Part shown: positions 1 through 8,556 of the stretch, in pieces
How the letters are laid out: each line of letters opens with the position of its first letter
Numbering within the stretch: position 1 is the stretch's first letter
Virus record (IMG/VR): IMGVR_UViG_3300048837_002337
Coordinates: 1 to 57,622 of that record
DNA length: 57,622 bases
From: a virus
Taxonomy: Duplodnaviria > Caudoviricetes
Reading direction: 5' to 3' (one strand)
Made by a program: the position numbers and the translations under genes
Notes under the pieces: model-generated
Databases searched by the model: none
What the model was told of the DNA's origin: nothing
What the model saw: only the letters and a program-made list of their open reading frames with translations

Positions 1-252
1 TCACTTGACCTTTCTGACCCTTCCAGCCTTGCGCAGGAGATCGAGCATGGGGTTGCTCTCGTTGAGCACTTTGTCGAGCGCTATTTCGGCCTTGGACGCG
101 AGATCGAGAATCGACGGTCGAGGCTGAGGCGTGTCGCCGACCTTCTCGCGAAGGTCATCTCTGACCTCATCGACGAAGTCCTCCCAGGCTTGAGAAATTC
201 CGCTCGCAAGATACCCGCGGTTCCGCCACGCCGTCCGCAGAAGTCTTTTCAT
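1..252 (-). CDS. Hypothetical protein, 83 aa (MKRLLRTAWRNRG...)
   Basis: ATG overlaps the integrase stop (ATGA at 249-252); helical, protein-like composition. Confidence 0.6.
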   Translation of the reverse strand: MKRLLRTAWRNRGYLASGISQAWEDFVDEVRDDLREKVGDTPQPRPSILDLASKAEIALDKVLNESNPMLDLLRKAGRVRKVK

Positions 253-1367
253 CTGGTCTTCCTCTCCATCGCCTCGACGGCGCTCTTCTGGTGGTCGGGG
301 TGGTGGTGGGCATAGACGCCTTCGAGCGTGTCCATGGAGACGCCAAAGAAGCCGCAGGCGTCCCATTTGTCGGCGCCGCGCTGCATCGCCCAGGTGATCG
401 CGGTATGGCGCAGGCTGTGAGGCGTCACGCCGGACAGGTCGATGGGGCTTTCGGCCTTGGCGGCCAGATCCTCGGCGATCTGGATCATGTTCGCCCAGCC
501 CTTCTTGATGTCGCCGATCCGGTTGCCCTCGTAGCTTTCCACCACCCAGCGGCAGCCCTTGGCCTTCCAGCGCCGCACATGCGCGAGAAACTGGCGCGGC
601 AGGCGCGCCGTCGGCTGGCGCTTCTTGGTGCGGCGTGCCTCGCGGCCGGCTCGGTAGAGCATGCCCTGTTCGGTGTCGACCCAGCCGTGATGCAGGGCGG
701 GGTGGTCGATGGCGAGCCCAAGCGTCGCGGTCCTGCGGGTGCCGGTGTAGAGCCCGGCCAGGATGAACTTGGAGAGATGCCGCCCGTCGATGCGGAGGTG
801 CCGAGTCGCGCGCAGCATCCAGGCCGCTTCGGTGCGGGTGAGCCAGCGTTCCTTTGGCGCGGGTTTCTCGGGTAGCGTCACCTGCGGCGCGGAGGTCAGG
901 TATCCCTCCTTGACGCAGTAGTTGAGTGCCGCCTGAAGCGTGCCGAGTTCGCGCCGGACAGTGCCAAGCCCGATCGGTTCGCGCCGCCCGTCCCGGTAGA
1001 TGCGCTCGCGGCTCGCGACATAGCGGCGGCATGTCGCCCCCTTGACCTCGGCCACAGGCAGGACACCCCAGAAGACATCGAGCGCGTCGATGGCATATCC
1101 GATGCGGGCCGGATCGGCCACATGCGGGGCGTGGTTCTCGCCGTAGATCGACAAGGCCTGCCCCACGGTCATGTCTTGGGGCGCAGCGGGACCACCAGGC
1201 CGGGTTCGACCTGCGGAGATGTAGCGCGCGAGAGCGATTTCAGCTTCGCCGCGGTCGCGAGCGCCGGTCGCGATCTCGATCCCGCCGGCGTCGAGGATGA
1301 CCCAGACGGGGCTGCGCCCCTTTCGTTTGCGCTGGTAGAGCCTTGCACCTTTGGACGGACGCGACAT
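249..1367 (-). CDS. int: Tyrosine recombinase / phage integrase
   Basis: Catalytic pattern YTGTR...HSLRH...Y (GVYAHH); 372 aa. Confidence 0.95.
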   Translation of the reverse strand: MSRPSKGARLYQRKRKGRSPVWVILDAGGIEIATGARDRGEAEIALARYISAGRTRPGGPAAPQDMTVGQALSIYGENHAPHVADPARIGYAIDALDVFWGVLPVAEVKGATCRRYVASRERIYRDGRREPIGLGTVRRELGTLQAALNYCVKEGYLTSAPQVTLPEKPAPKERWLTRTEAAWMLRATRHLRIDGRHLSKFILAGLYTGTRRTATLGLAIDHPALHHGWVDTEQGMLYRAGREARRTKKRQPTARLPRQFLAHVRRWKAKGCRWVVESYEGNRIGDIKKGWANMIQIAEDLAAKAESPIDLSGVTPHSLRHTAITWAMQRGADKWDACGFFGVSMDTLEGVYAHHHPDHQKSAVEAMERKTR

Positions 1368-1522
1368 GCTTCGATCAACTCCTCTAACTCGTCGGGGTTC
1401 AGGCGCCGGGAGCCGCCGATCTGGATGATGAAGCCTTTTTCCTCGGCGGCTCGTTCCAGCGCCCGTTTCGGCACCTCAAGGTGCCGCGCCGCCTGCTCGA
1501 TTGTCCAGAGTCTAGTCGTCAT
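1169..1522 (-). CDS. xis: Excisionase-like HTH protein; 3' end overlaps int by 199 nt
   Basis: MTTRLWTIEQAARHLEV... HTH_17-type N-terminus, directly upstream of int. Confidence 0.75.
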   Translation of the reverse strand: MTTRLWTIEQAARHLEVPKRALERAAEEKGFIIQIGGSRRLNPDELEELIEACRVRPKVQGSTSANERGAAPSGSSSTPAGSRSRPALATAAKLKSLSRATSPQVEPGLVVPLRPKT

Positions 1523-1790
1523 CGGAAAGGGCCTTCCAGTGTCTGCAAGCCGGCGACCGCGCCCGGATGTCTGTCGCACCTCCACCTGTCCAGACGCGCT
1601 GCATGAGGCCGCACTTCAGGTAGGTCTTCGACATCCTCTTGCGACGAAGATGGTCACAAGAACCGCAAGTCTCACCTTCAGGGCCAGACCCGGGCGGGGC
1701 TGCATAGCCCTGCGGTTCAGTGCCGCGCCGCCTTCTCAGCAGCATCCGCGCTTCTTCCTCGGTGACTTCGTTGCCGAACCTGTCGCGCAT
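1512..1790 (-). CDS. Hypothetical Cys-rich (probably Zn-binding) protein, 92 aa
   Basis: CGSC...KC...PAC pattern; lies in the leftward operon. Confidence 0.7.
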   Translation of the reverse strand: MRDRFGNEVTEEEARMLLRRRRGTEPQGYAAPPGSGPEGETCGSCDHLRRKRMSKTYLKCGLMQRVWTGGGATDIRARSPACRHWKALSDDD

Positions 1791-1817
1791 GGTCAGCGTC
1801 CCTAGTGCCGGCTCATC

Positions 1818-2087
1818 TCAGTTAACTCCGCAGCCGGAGTCGTCGTGCGGCTCTTCGCGGGTGCCATCCCTGAACTGCACGAGCGAGTCGATCATGCGGT
1901 TCAGACAGTCCTCGCAGATGCACCCCTCGCTGATGGTGTTGTTGATGAAATCGCCGTTCACGACCACGACCACGGACTTCACGGAATGGCCATTGCGGGC
2001 GGCCGCTTCCCTGATCTTTTCATCGAGAACCATGGCGGCCTTTACGACGTCCGGTTCCTGAAGTACGAACTTATGCCTGATCTTCAT
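1818..2087 (-). CDS. Hypothetical protein, 89 aa
   Basis: AAGGAG RBS; CICEDC motif. Confidence 0.7.
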   Translation of the reverse strand: MKIRHKFVLQEPDVVKAAMVLDEKIREAAARNGHSVKSVVVVVNGDFINNTISEGCICEDCLNRMIDSLVQFRDGTREEPHDDSGCGVN

Positions 2088-2118
2088 GCTGGTGTCTCCT
2101 TTCAGGGTTTCGGCAGGA

Positions 2119-2373
2119 TCATGCCGCCCCTGCCTCGTTGGCTTCCTCTTCCGGCTGCGCCTTGCGTTTCGGCTGGCGCGCCTCGATCAGCGTCCAGAGC
2201 CGTTCGAGGCGGTCGTCGTCCAGCTTCAGGAGGAACATGAACGGGTCGCGGTTCAGCCGTTCCCAGCAGGAGCCGCCGACCTGTCCCGGCTTCAGCACGC
2301 CCGCCTCTTCGAGGACGTGCTTGTCGAGGTTCATGAGGATGCGGCAGGCGTTGACGAACTCGTGCGCGGTCAT
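2119..2373 (-). CDS. Hypothetical protein, 84 aa (MTAHEFVNAC...)
   Basis: ATGA overlap with the exonuclease stop. Confidence 0.7.
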   Translation of the reverse strand: MTAHEFVNACRILMNLDKHVLEEAGVLKPGQVGGSCWERLNRDPFMFLLKLDDDRLERLWTLIEARQPKRKAQPEEEANEAGAA

Positions 2374-3194
2374 TCTGCGGCCTCCTGGGCGGCCTTGACG
2401 GGCGGGGTCTTGGCGTAATGCACCTTCGCCTCCGGCAGGCGGCCGTCGCGGATCAGGCGGGCGAGAATCTGGCGCGCAGCCTGGGCGTCTGCCATGGCCT
2501 CGTGCGCCTCGTCGAGCGGGATGCCGAAGTAGTCGCAAGCGACCTTCAGCTTCACGAAGCCGCCCCGCAGTTCAAGCCCCTCGTCCTTGTAGGGCTTCAG
2601 CGCCCGCATGACGCAGACGTTGGGCGTCTCCTCGAAGAGGTCGGGGCGCCCGGCGCGGCGCAGTTCAGCCCGCATCATCTTGGCGTCATGCTGGGCGTTG
2701 AAGCCGATCACGATCAGCCCGCCCTTGATATGGGCCTCGTACTCGTCGAGCACGGTCAGGACCGGCACGCCGTTCGCATCGAGGATGTCGGTCGAGAGCC
2801 CGTTGATCGCCTGCGCCTCGGGCGGCATGGTCCAGCCGTCGGGCTTGACCAGGTGGCGCACCGCCTCGATCTCCTCTCCGGCCGCGTCGCAGATGATGAA
2901 GGCGACGGCGGCGAGCCGCGGCTGGGACGGATCGTCGGCGGGCTTCTTGAAGTCGAAGAGGCCGGTCGTCTCGGTGTCGAGGACGAGGAAGGTCGGGGTC
3001 ATCGGGTCGATCCTTTCGTTGTGGGCCAGCCAGGCTGGCAGGGTGACGGTGACGGGATCGCCGCGCTGCGCGCCCGCGTCGAAGGCGATCAGGCGGCGCG
3101 GCAGTTCGCATTCCCGGCCGGAGGGCCGGGCGAAGGTGGCGGTTCTCTCGAACACGCCACCCATGCGCAGCCGGGCCTTAACCAGCCGCGGCAT
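2370..3194 (-). CDS. DEDDh 3'-5' exonuclease (DnaQ-like); domain starts at Met 3002, preceded in frame by a 64-aa module
   Basis: VLDTETTG, GFNAQHD and AHEAMADA motifs; AAAGGA RBS before ATG at 3002. Confidence 0.9.
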   Translation of the reverse strand: MPRLVKARLRMGGVFERTATFARPSGRECELPRRLIAFDAGAQRGDPVTVTLPAWLAHNERIDPMTPTFLVLDTETTGLFDFKKPADDPSQPRLAAVAFIICDAAGEEIEAVRHLVKPDGWTMPPEAQAINGLSTDILDANGVPVLTVLDEYEAHIKGGLIVIGFNAQHDAKMMRAELRRAGRPDLFEETPNVCVMRALKPYKDEGLELRGGFVKLKVACDYFGIPLDEAHEAMADAQAARQILARLIRDGRLPEAKVHYAKTPPVKAAQEAAE

Positions 3195-4350
3195 GGCCGG
3201 CGTTCTCGGCGGTGCGCGCCTGTTCGATCAGGAGCATGATCCGGTCGTAGAGGTCGGGCGCGTTCATCTTCAGTTGGTCGAGGTTTCCGGCGGTGTCGTG
3301 GTAGGTTTCGACAGCGTCGGCCATGCCGGTTTCTTCGAGATCCTTGGCGATGGCCATGAACAGGTCGCGCATCGGATCGCCGGCCGGTTCCGCCTCGTCC
3401 TCATCCTGCGTCGCGATGTCGGGGTCGGCCTGCTTCGGCTTCTCCTCGGCCTCGGCCTTGCTCTCCTGCGGCCTGGGCGCGGGCTTCTTCTCCTCGCGCG
3501 GCATCTGCGCGGGCTTCGGCTTGTCCTCGATCTGCGCGGCGCGCTTGTCGTCCTGCGTCTCGGCCTCGTCGACCTCGCCCTCGATGACCATGCCGTCATC
3601 GGGATTGAGGGCATAGGCGGCGTAGTCGACCGGCGTGTCGTCGGTGTCCATCGCCTCCATGAACTCGATCGACAGCGGCATCTCGCCCCGGTTCGCCAGC
3701 GCGCGGACGGCGGTCTTCGCCCACATGCGATCCTCATGGGTCGACCACGGGCTTTCGGCGGTCTTGTTGAACTTCTTCGCGGTGCGCCAGCCCTGCGAGA
3801 GGTCGCGGACCTTCAGGACTTCATCGGCTGGCAGGAAGACGAAGGCCTGCCCGTCCTTCAGGGTGACATGGCAATAGGCGCCCAGCTTGGTGCCCTTGCG
3901 CGGCCCCGGCTTGTGGCGCAGGTGCATGTTGGAGCCGTATTCGTAACTCCACAGTTCATCGTCGGAATAGACGACGTCGGCGTGCAGGCTGACCACCTGA
4001 CCGGAGCGGCGGGCCAGATCGGCGAAGCCCTTGTAGCCGATGATCAGTTGCACCTCGGTGATGCCCTTGCGGTTGTTCTTGAAGGGGATCAGGTAGGCGT
4101 GACCCAGGGGCGTGTTGGGTTCGAGGCCGAGGGCGGCGCAGTTCATCAGCGCGCCCAGCATCGACAGCGGCTGCACCTCCTGCAGCGAGGGCGTGGTGCG
4201 GATCGCATTGGCGACGACGCGCATCATGCGCTCGGGGTTCATGTGCCGCGCCGCGACGGCGGCAAGCTGGGTGCGGGCGTTCTCGTTGACGAGAAGTTCG
4301 CGGACGTCCTTGACCTGGCGCACCGGCGCCTTGCTCAACATGGTGCTCAT
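3178..4350 (-). CDS. recT: RecT-family single-strand annealing protein
   Basis: GLEPNTPLGHAYLIPF, QLIIGYKG and MWAKTAVR motifs. Confidence 0.93.
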   Translation of the reverse strand: MSTMLSKAPVRQVKDVRELLVNENARTQLAAVAARHMNPERMMRVVANAIRTTPSLQEVQPLSMLGALMNCAALGLEPNTPLGHAYLIPFKNNRKGITEVQLIIGYKGFADLARRSGQVVSLHADVVYSDDELWSYEYGSNMHLRHKPGPRKGTKLGAYCHVTLKDGQAFVFLPADEVLKVRDLSQGWRTAKKFNKTAESPWSTHEDRMWAKTAVRALANRGEMPLSIEFMEAMDTDDTPVDYAAYALNPDDGMVIEGEVDEAETQDDKRAAQIEDKPKPAQMPREEKKPAPRPQESKAEAEEKPKQADPDIATQDEDEAEPAGDPMRDLFMAIAKDLEETGMADAVETYHDTAGNLDQLKMNAPDLYDRIMLLIEQARTAENAGHAAAG

Positions 4351-5126
4351 CTGGAAACCTGTCTGGTGATGGTGGTGGTGCCGGGGATGGCCTTGCCGTC
4401 AAAATCCTTCGCGCGGACATGGGCGTTGGCGAGGCGCTGCAGCACGTCGCGCACCGCTGGCGCCTCGCGGAAGAACATGAAGACATGGGCGAGGTTGTCG
4501 ATCTGCGCCTCGCGCACCTCGACCAGGGCCACGGTGCGACCGCCACCCGAAGCGGAAGCGACGCCGACCGCGACCGGGCGCCCGGCGCGGGCGGATTCCT
4601 TCGCCGCTTCCTTGGCCAGCCGCTCGGCCTCGACCTCGCCGGCGATGTCGTTGCGCGCCGCCGCCTGCGCGGCCAGCCGCTCGGCCTCCTGGCGCTTGGC
4701 CTCGGCCTCTTCCCGCTCGCGCCGCGCCTTCTCCTCGGCCTCGCGCTTCTTGCGTATCTGCCAGGGATTGAGGAGTGCGAGCGCCTTGGTGATCGAGGCC
4801 TCAAGGATGTCTCTCGGGCGCCCGGCGGCGGTCTGCACCGCCTTCGCTGCCTCGTCGTGCGGGCGCTTGGCCTCGACGCGCCACGCCTCGACACCCTTCA
4901 ACTGCTTGCGCGCGCCGGCGATGTAGTCGGCCAGGTACTCGGCCTGCGCCTCGGAGGTGATCTCCTTGAGGTCCAGCCATTCGCCGCCGGCGTCAGCGAA
5001 GGCCTGCGCCGACTGGATCAGCGCGGCCAGTTGGTCGGGATCGTAGGGGGGCGGGCGGTTGTGGCCGACGGGGGCGGGCGCGTCCTCGCGCGGCTTGATG
5101 TCGGACGGCTTCACGGGGCTGTTCAT
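4347..5126 (-). CDS. Coiled-coil phage protein of the recombination module
   Basis: GHNRPP N-terminus and long E/A/K/R coiled coil; coupled to recT. Confidence 0.8.
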   Translation of the reverse strand: MNSPVKPSDIKPREDAPAPVGHNRPPPYDPDQLAALIQSAQAFADAGGEWLDLKEITSEAQAEYLADYIAGARKQLKGVEAWRVEAKRPHDEAAKAVQTAAGRPRDILEASITKALALLNPWQIRKKREAEEKARREREEAEAKRQEAERLAAQAAARNDIAGEVEAERLAKEAAKESARAGRPVAVGVASASGGGRTVALVEVREAQIDNLAHVFMFFREAPAVRDVLQRLANAHVRAKDFDGKAIPGTTTITRQVSR

Positions 5127-5446
5127 TCATCCTCTCCGATTTCCGAAAAATCCTCGTCATGCTCGATCTGCGCGCGCTCGCGGTATTCCAGAGGTCGCGC
5201 CGGGCGCGGGTCGCGGGCGGCGTAGTGATCCCTGGCAACCTCCTCAGACACGGGGCGCAGGGCGTAGATCGACGATGCGCCGTAGTATTCGGTGGCGTAT
5301 CTGTCGCCATCGGTCGGGATGTCGATCCGCAGCATCAGACCGCCGGCGACCTCCTCTTCCCGCGCGAGGCCGATCCGTTGGCGGTGGCCCATCAGTTCCA
5401 GCAGCACCCAGCCGAAGTCGCGCGGGGATTTGGCTTCTGTCGTCAT
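5123..5446 (-). CDS. Conserved phage hypothetical protein, 107 aa
   Basis: WVLLELMGHRQRIG...LRIDIP...YYGASSIY motif; GAGG RBS. Confidence 0.8.
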   Translation of the reverse strand: MTTEAKSPRDFGWVLLELMGHRQRIGLAREEEVAGGLMLRIDIPTDGDRYATEYYGASSIYALRPVSEEVARDHYAARDPRPARPLEYRERAQIEHDEDFSEIGEDE

Positions 5447-5448
5447 GT

Positions 5449-5835
5449 TCACATCCTCGGTGGGCGTTGCGGGGTCTTGGCGAGATCGACCGCAACCATG
5501 GTCGCGGCCATCACGTCGTCGGTTTCGGCGCGCCGGCAGAGCGCCAGGAAGTCGGTGCGGGCGATCGGGTTGAGCCTGATCCAGATCGGCGCGGCGTCGA
5601 TCTCGCGGCCCTCGATCCGGGCCACCCAGCGCTCGTCCTCGGTCAGTTCGCCCGTCTCCGGGTCTACGACCTGGCGGCACACGATCTCGACCGCCACCCA
5701 GGGCCCGCCCTTGACGTGCCGCATGCGATACCATCCCGCCTGCGGAATGCCGTCATGGCGCTCCGGCTCGCGCCCGGCGAGCGCATCGGCGTGCCACTGG
5801 TAGATTTGCCGGACGGTCGAGGGCTGGCGGATCAT
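5449..5835 (-). CDS. Hypothetical protein, 128 aa (MIRQPST...)
   Basis: PQAGWYRMRHVKGGPWV motif typical of alphaproteobacterial prophage early genes; coupled overlap. Confidence 0.75.
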   Translation of the reverse strand: MIRQPSTVRQIYQWHADALAGREPERHDGIPQAGWYRMRHVKGGPWVAVEIVCRQVVDPETGELTEDERWVARIEGREIDAAPIWIRLNPIARTDFLALCRRAETDDVMAATMVAVDLAKTPQRPPRM

Positions 5836-6032
5836 GGCGCGCGCCTCACCGCATAGTGCAGGCGTCCAGCGCGGGTGAACTGGCGCAGCGATGCCAGCGA
5901 CCAGTTCACCGCCCAGGACGGGGGCATCAAGCGGTCGTTGAAGTAGACCCAGCCGTCGTTGAGGATGTGGATCGAGGCAGCGGCCACGGTCGTGATCGCC
6001 TCGCCCTTCTCGAACTGCTTCTCGTTCACCAT
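5832..6032 (-). CDS. Hypothetical protein, 66 aa
   Basis: Tiles the operon with overlapping start and stop codons. Confidence 0.6.
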   Translation of the reverse strand: MVNEKQFEKGEAITTVAAASIHILNDGWVYFNDRLMPPSWAVNWSLASLRQFTRAGRLHYAVRRAP

Positions 6033-6247
6033 TTCCCGCGCCCTTCCTCGATCTGGTGGATGGTGATCGCGAGATTGCGGGCGCTCTTCTGCAGCGTGGC
6101 GCCCAGCGCCAGCAGGATGAAGAGCGCGACGGAGCCGCCGGCGAGGCCCTTGATGATCGCGACCCATGTGGCGCGCACGGCGTCGTCGACACGCTGCGCC
6201 CGGCGAAGCCGCTTCATCGCGTCCTGCATCTCGGAAGTCGTGGCCAT
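6026..6247 (-). CDS. Small single-TM protein, 73 aa
   Basis: Hydrophobic stretch WVAIIKGLAGGSVALFILLALG; GAAGG RBS. Confidence 0.65.
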   Translation of the reverse strand: MATTSEMQDAMKRLRRAQRVDDAVRATWVAIIKGLAGGSVALFILLALGATLQKSARNLAITIHQIEEGRGKW

Positions 6248-6249
6248 GG

Positions 6250-6498
6250 TCACACCTTCAGCATCTTGAGGAGTTCGCGCGCCGTGACGTGGTCCTCGGC
6301 GCGGGCGGAATAGGACAGCAGCGTGCGGCAGGCCTCGGCCAGGGCGGCGTCGGAATGCCCGGCCGGGCTCGCGATGCGGCAGCGCGCCGCATCGAGATCG
6401 CAGCCCCCGGCGGGGAATGGTCCATGGGAGGGGTGGCCGCCGGGGGCCTCGCCTGGCCGGAGCAGATCGGCCGTCGCGATGGTGTTGGGATGGGTCAT
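6250..6498 (-). CDS. First gene of the leftward (PL) operon, hypothetical, 82 aa
   Basis: GGAGG RBS immediately downstream of the PL promoter. Confidence 0.7.
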   Translation of the reverse strand: MTHPNTIATADLLRPGEAPGGHPSHGPFPAGGCDLDAARCRIASPAGHSDAALAEACRTLLSYSARAEDHVTARELLKMLKV

Positions 6499-6521
6499 GT
6501 CTGCCTCCAAGTGTCGCGAAG

Positions 6522-6582
6522 ATAATGCACAAGGCATAGAGACAAGTCAATACGAAACGCATAGACAATACAGATGGCATAG
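6522..6582 (-). promoter_or_regulatory. PL promoter with three 17-bp operators (OL)
   Basis: Minus-strand TTGACT(6550-6545)-N17-CATTAT(6527-6522). Operators TAATGC-N5-GCATAG 6523-6539, CAATAC-N5-GCATAG 6548-6564 and 6566-6582. Confidence 0.8.
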
Positions 6583-6678
6583 ATTGAGGGAATCAGTTGA
6601 AGAGGCTCGTTTTCTTTCAAATGATTGGCGGCAGTTCGGGCGCGATGGTCGCGCCGTGGTTTTGATCAGGAGTTCACG

Positions 6679-6987
6679 ATGAAGTATTTGGGGCTGCCGC
6701 TGCTGGCCGTAACCGTCGTCGCCTCGTGCACCTATGCCAATGTATCCTCGACGCCCGTTCTACTGCCTGACGGATCGACCGCGTACCGCTACACCGGTCG
6801 AGCCAACTACATTCACCAGCAGGCCGAGGCGGATCAGGTCATGGCTCAGACCTGTGCGGCGCAAGGCAAGACGCCGGTGATCGTGGCTCAGGATACAGCC
6901 ACAATCGGGGCGGGCGCCGTGTTCGGAAATGGCGTTGCGGCGCTGGGCGCCAACAGGCAGCAGGAAATCCTCTTCAGGTGTATCTGA
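6679..6987 (+). CDS. Small lipoprotein (102 aa), candidate superinfection-exclusion moron
   Basis: MKYLGLPLLAVTVVAS-C lipobox, AGGAG RBS, possible own promoter TTGAAG(6597)-N17-AATGAT(6620). Confidence 0.8.
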   Translation: MKYLGLPLLAVTVVASCTYANVSSTPVLLPDGSTAYRYTGRANYIHQQAEADQVMAQTCAAQGKTPVIVAQDTATIGAGAVFGNGVAALGANRQQEILFRCI

Positions 6988-6993
6988 CGACCG

Positions 6994-7641
6994 TCAGACT
7001 TTCCGCCCGATCCAGATCACCCGGCCGATGACGTCGAGATCCTGGGCGCTGACGTCAAAGGCGTCGTAGGCCGGATTGTCGGACTTCACCCGGTACATTC
7101 TGGTCGCCGGGTTGAAGTCGATCCGCTTCACCCTGAGCACGTCATCATAGCGCAGGATAAAAAGACCATCGTAGTTGATGTTGCGCTTGGTGCGGTCGAC
7201 CAGCAGGGTGTCGCCGTCGGTGAGCGTGGGCAGCATGGAATCGCCCTTGGCGCGGATCACGAGGAGATCGTCGCCGCGGGCGCTCGTGATCGAACGGACC
7301 CAATCCTCCCGAAAGGCCAGCTCGTAAAGCGGCTCCTCGACAGTGACGACCGACCCGGCGCCGGCGCTCGCTTCTATGTCGAAGACGTCGACGAGACGGA
7401 AACCTGGCGGGCTATCCAGGCCAGCGGTTTCGCCTGCGGCTCTGCCGTAGAGCAGCCATTCCGGTGAAACCCGAAAGGCGCGCGAGTAGACGAGCGCCAT
7501 TTCATCGTCATAGCTGCGCGTCCCGTTCTCGTGGGACAGGTAGGTTGGAGCCTTCCACCCGAAACGTGCTGCAGCCTCCGAGGCGGACTTGAATCCTGCC
7601 TCCTCTCTCGCCTGCCGCAGTCTGTCAGGTTTCCCGGTCAT
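6994..7641 (-). CDS. cI: CI-like repressor (XRE HTH + S24 autopeptidase)
   Basis: N-terminal HTH, ASAG cleavage site, GDSM catalytic Ser, VKR catalytic Lys. Confidence 0.95.
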   Translation of the reverse strand: MTGKPDRLRQAREEAGFKSASEAAARFGWKAPTYLSHENGTRSYDDEMALVYSRAFRVSPEWLLYGRAAGETAGLDSPPGFRLVDVFDIEASAGAGSVVTVEEPLYELAFREDWVRSITSARGDDLLVIRAKGDSMLPTLTDGDTLLVDRTKRNINYDGLFILRYDDVLRVKRIDFNPATRMYRVKSDNPAYDAFDVSAQDLDVIGRVIWIGRKV

Positions 7642-7663
7642 CCGCGGTGCCTAGCATGATCTT

Positions 7664-7707
7664 CTATGCAATGGGCATTGACCTATGCAATGCGTAGTGT
7701 ATAAGTT
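7664..7707 (+). promoter_or_regulatory. PR promoter with two 17-bp operators (OR)
   Basis: CTATGC-N5-GCATTG 7664-7680 and CTATGC-N5-GTAGTG 7683-7699, the reverse complement of the OL consensus; TTGACC 7678-7683 with TATAAGTT 7700-7707. Confidence 0.8.
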
Positions 7708-7712
7708 CCAGC

Positions 7713-7946
7713 ATGGAACAGATATTCGACATCTGGCCGACAACGGCCGCCCTCGCGTCGGACATGCAGGTGCCATATCCGACAGCCCAAGCCTGGAAGC
7801 GGCGCGGGTCGCTTCCGGCGCATTACGATCTTGACCTGATCGCCGCGGCCCGAACGCGAGGTCGCGAACTCTCGCTCGAAGAGATCGCGCGCGCCAGGTG
7901 CGCCACCCAGCACAACTGCGCAACATCCGACGAGGGGCGTGACTGA
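7713..7946 (+). CDS. cro: Cro-like HTH regulator
   Basis: Short HTH (ALASDMQVPYPTAQAWKRRGSLP) divergent from cI. Confidence 0.85.
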   Translation: MEQIFDIWPTTAALASDMQVPYPTAQAWKRRGSLPAHYDLDLIAAARTRGRELSLEEIARARCATQHNCATSDEGRD

Positions 7947-8287
7947 TGTTCATCTCGGGCGCCGACGGGGGTGAGGGGGGCCGCTTCAGGCTGCAATTCT
8001 CTGCCAGGTTCCAGGCAAAACCTTGCCGAAACGCACCGCCGCCCGACGAAGACCTCGACACTTTCGTGCGCGCGATGTGGAAGGCCTTTCCTGGCGCGCG
8101 CTCCGAGAACGAACTGGCCGACATGGTCGCCAACCACCTGACCACCGAGCGCCGCCGGATTACCAACCGCACCGTGCGCAACTGGCTCAGGAAGACCACC
8201 ACGCCGCATTTTCGCTACGTCACCCGCGTTCTGGCCGCCCTCGATGACGATCAGGTGGCGGCGATCCTGAAGGGGCGGCGGCCATGA
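7946..8287 (+). CDS. HTH protein in the CII position
   Basis: ITNRTVRNWLRKTTTP HTH-like segment; coupled to cro. Confidence 0.65.
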   Translation: MFISGADGGEGGRFRLQFSARFQAKPCRNAPPPDEDLDTFVRAMWKAFPGARSENELADMVANHLTTERRRITNRTVRNWLRKTTTPHFRYVTRVLAALDDDQVAAILKGRRP

Positions 8288-8556
8288 GCGCGCGCCCGAA
8301 CACCGATCCCGGGCGCGCGGGTCATCGCGCCACCTCCCTGTTGGACCTCGGGCGGGGGCAACCCCGCCCGCCTTTCGGGGAAAAACTTTTCCGGAATCTG
8401 CCTGCGGCACGACCCTTTCAACAGCCCGGGTCTGGCAGATCGCGCCGGGCCTTCTCGCTGTCGGTCCCGGCGCGCGCCGCGCCTCTGATCATTGTCTCAA
8501 CCTGCCGCGGCGGTTCGGTATCCGCCGGCCGCCGCGGTCTTTTCGGGGGCCGGTGA
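8284..8556 (+). CDS. Hypothetical protein, 90 aa
   Basis: Tiles between neighbours with 4-nt overlaps; low-complexity sequence. Confidence 0.4.
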   Translation: MSARPNTDPGRAGHRATSLLDLGRGQPRPPFGEKLFRNLPAARPFQQPGSGRSRRAFSLSVPARAAPLIIVSTCRGGSVSAGRRGLFGGR

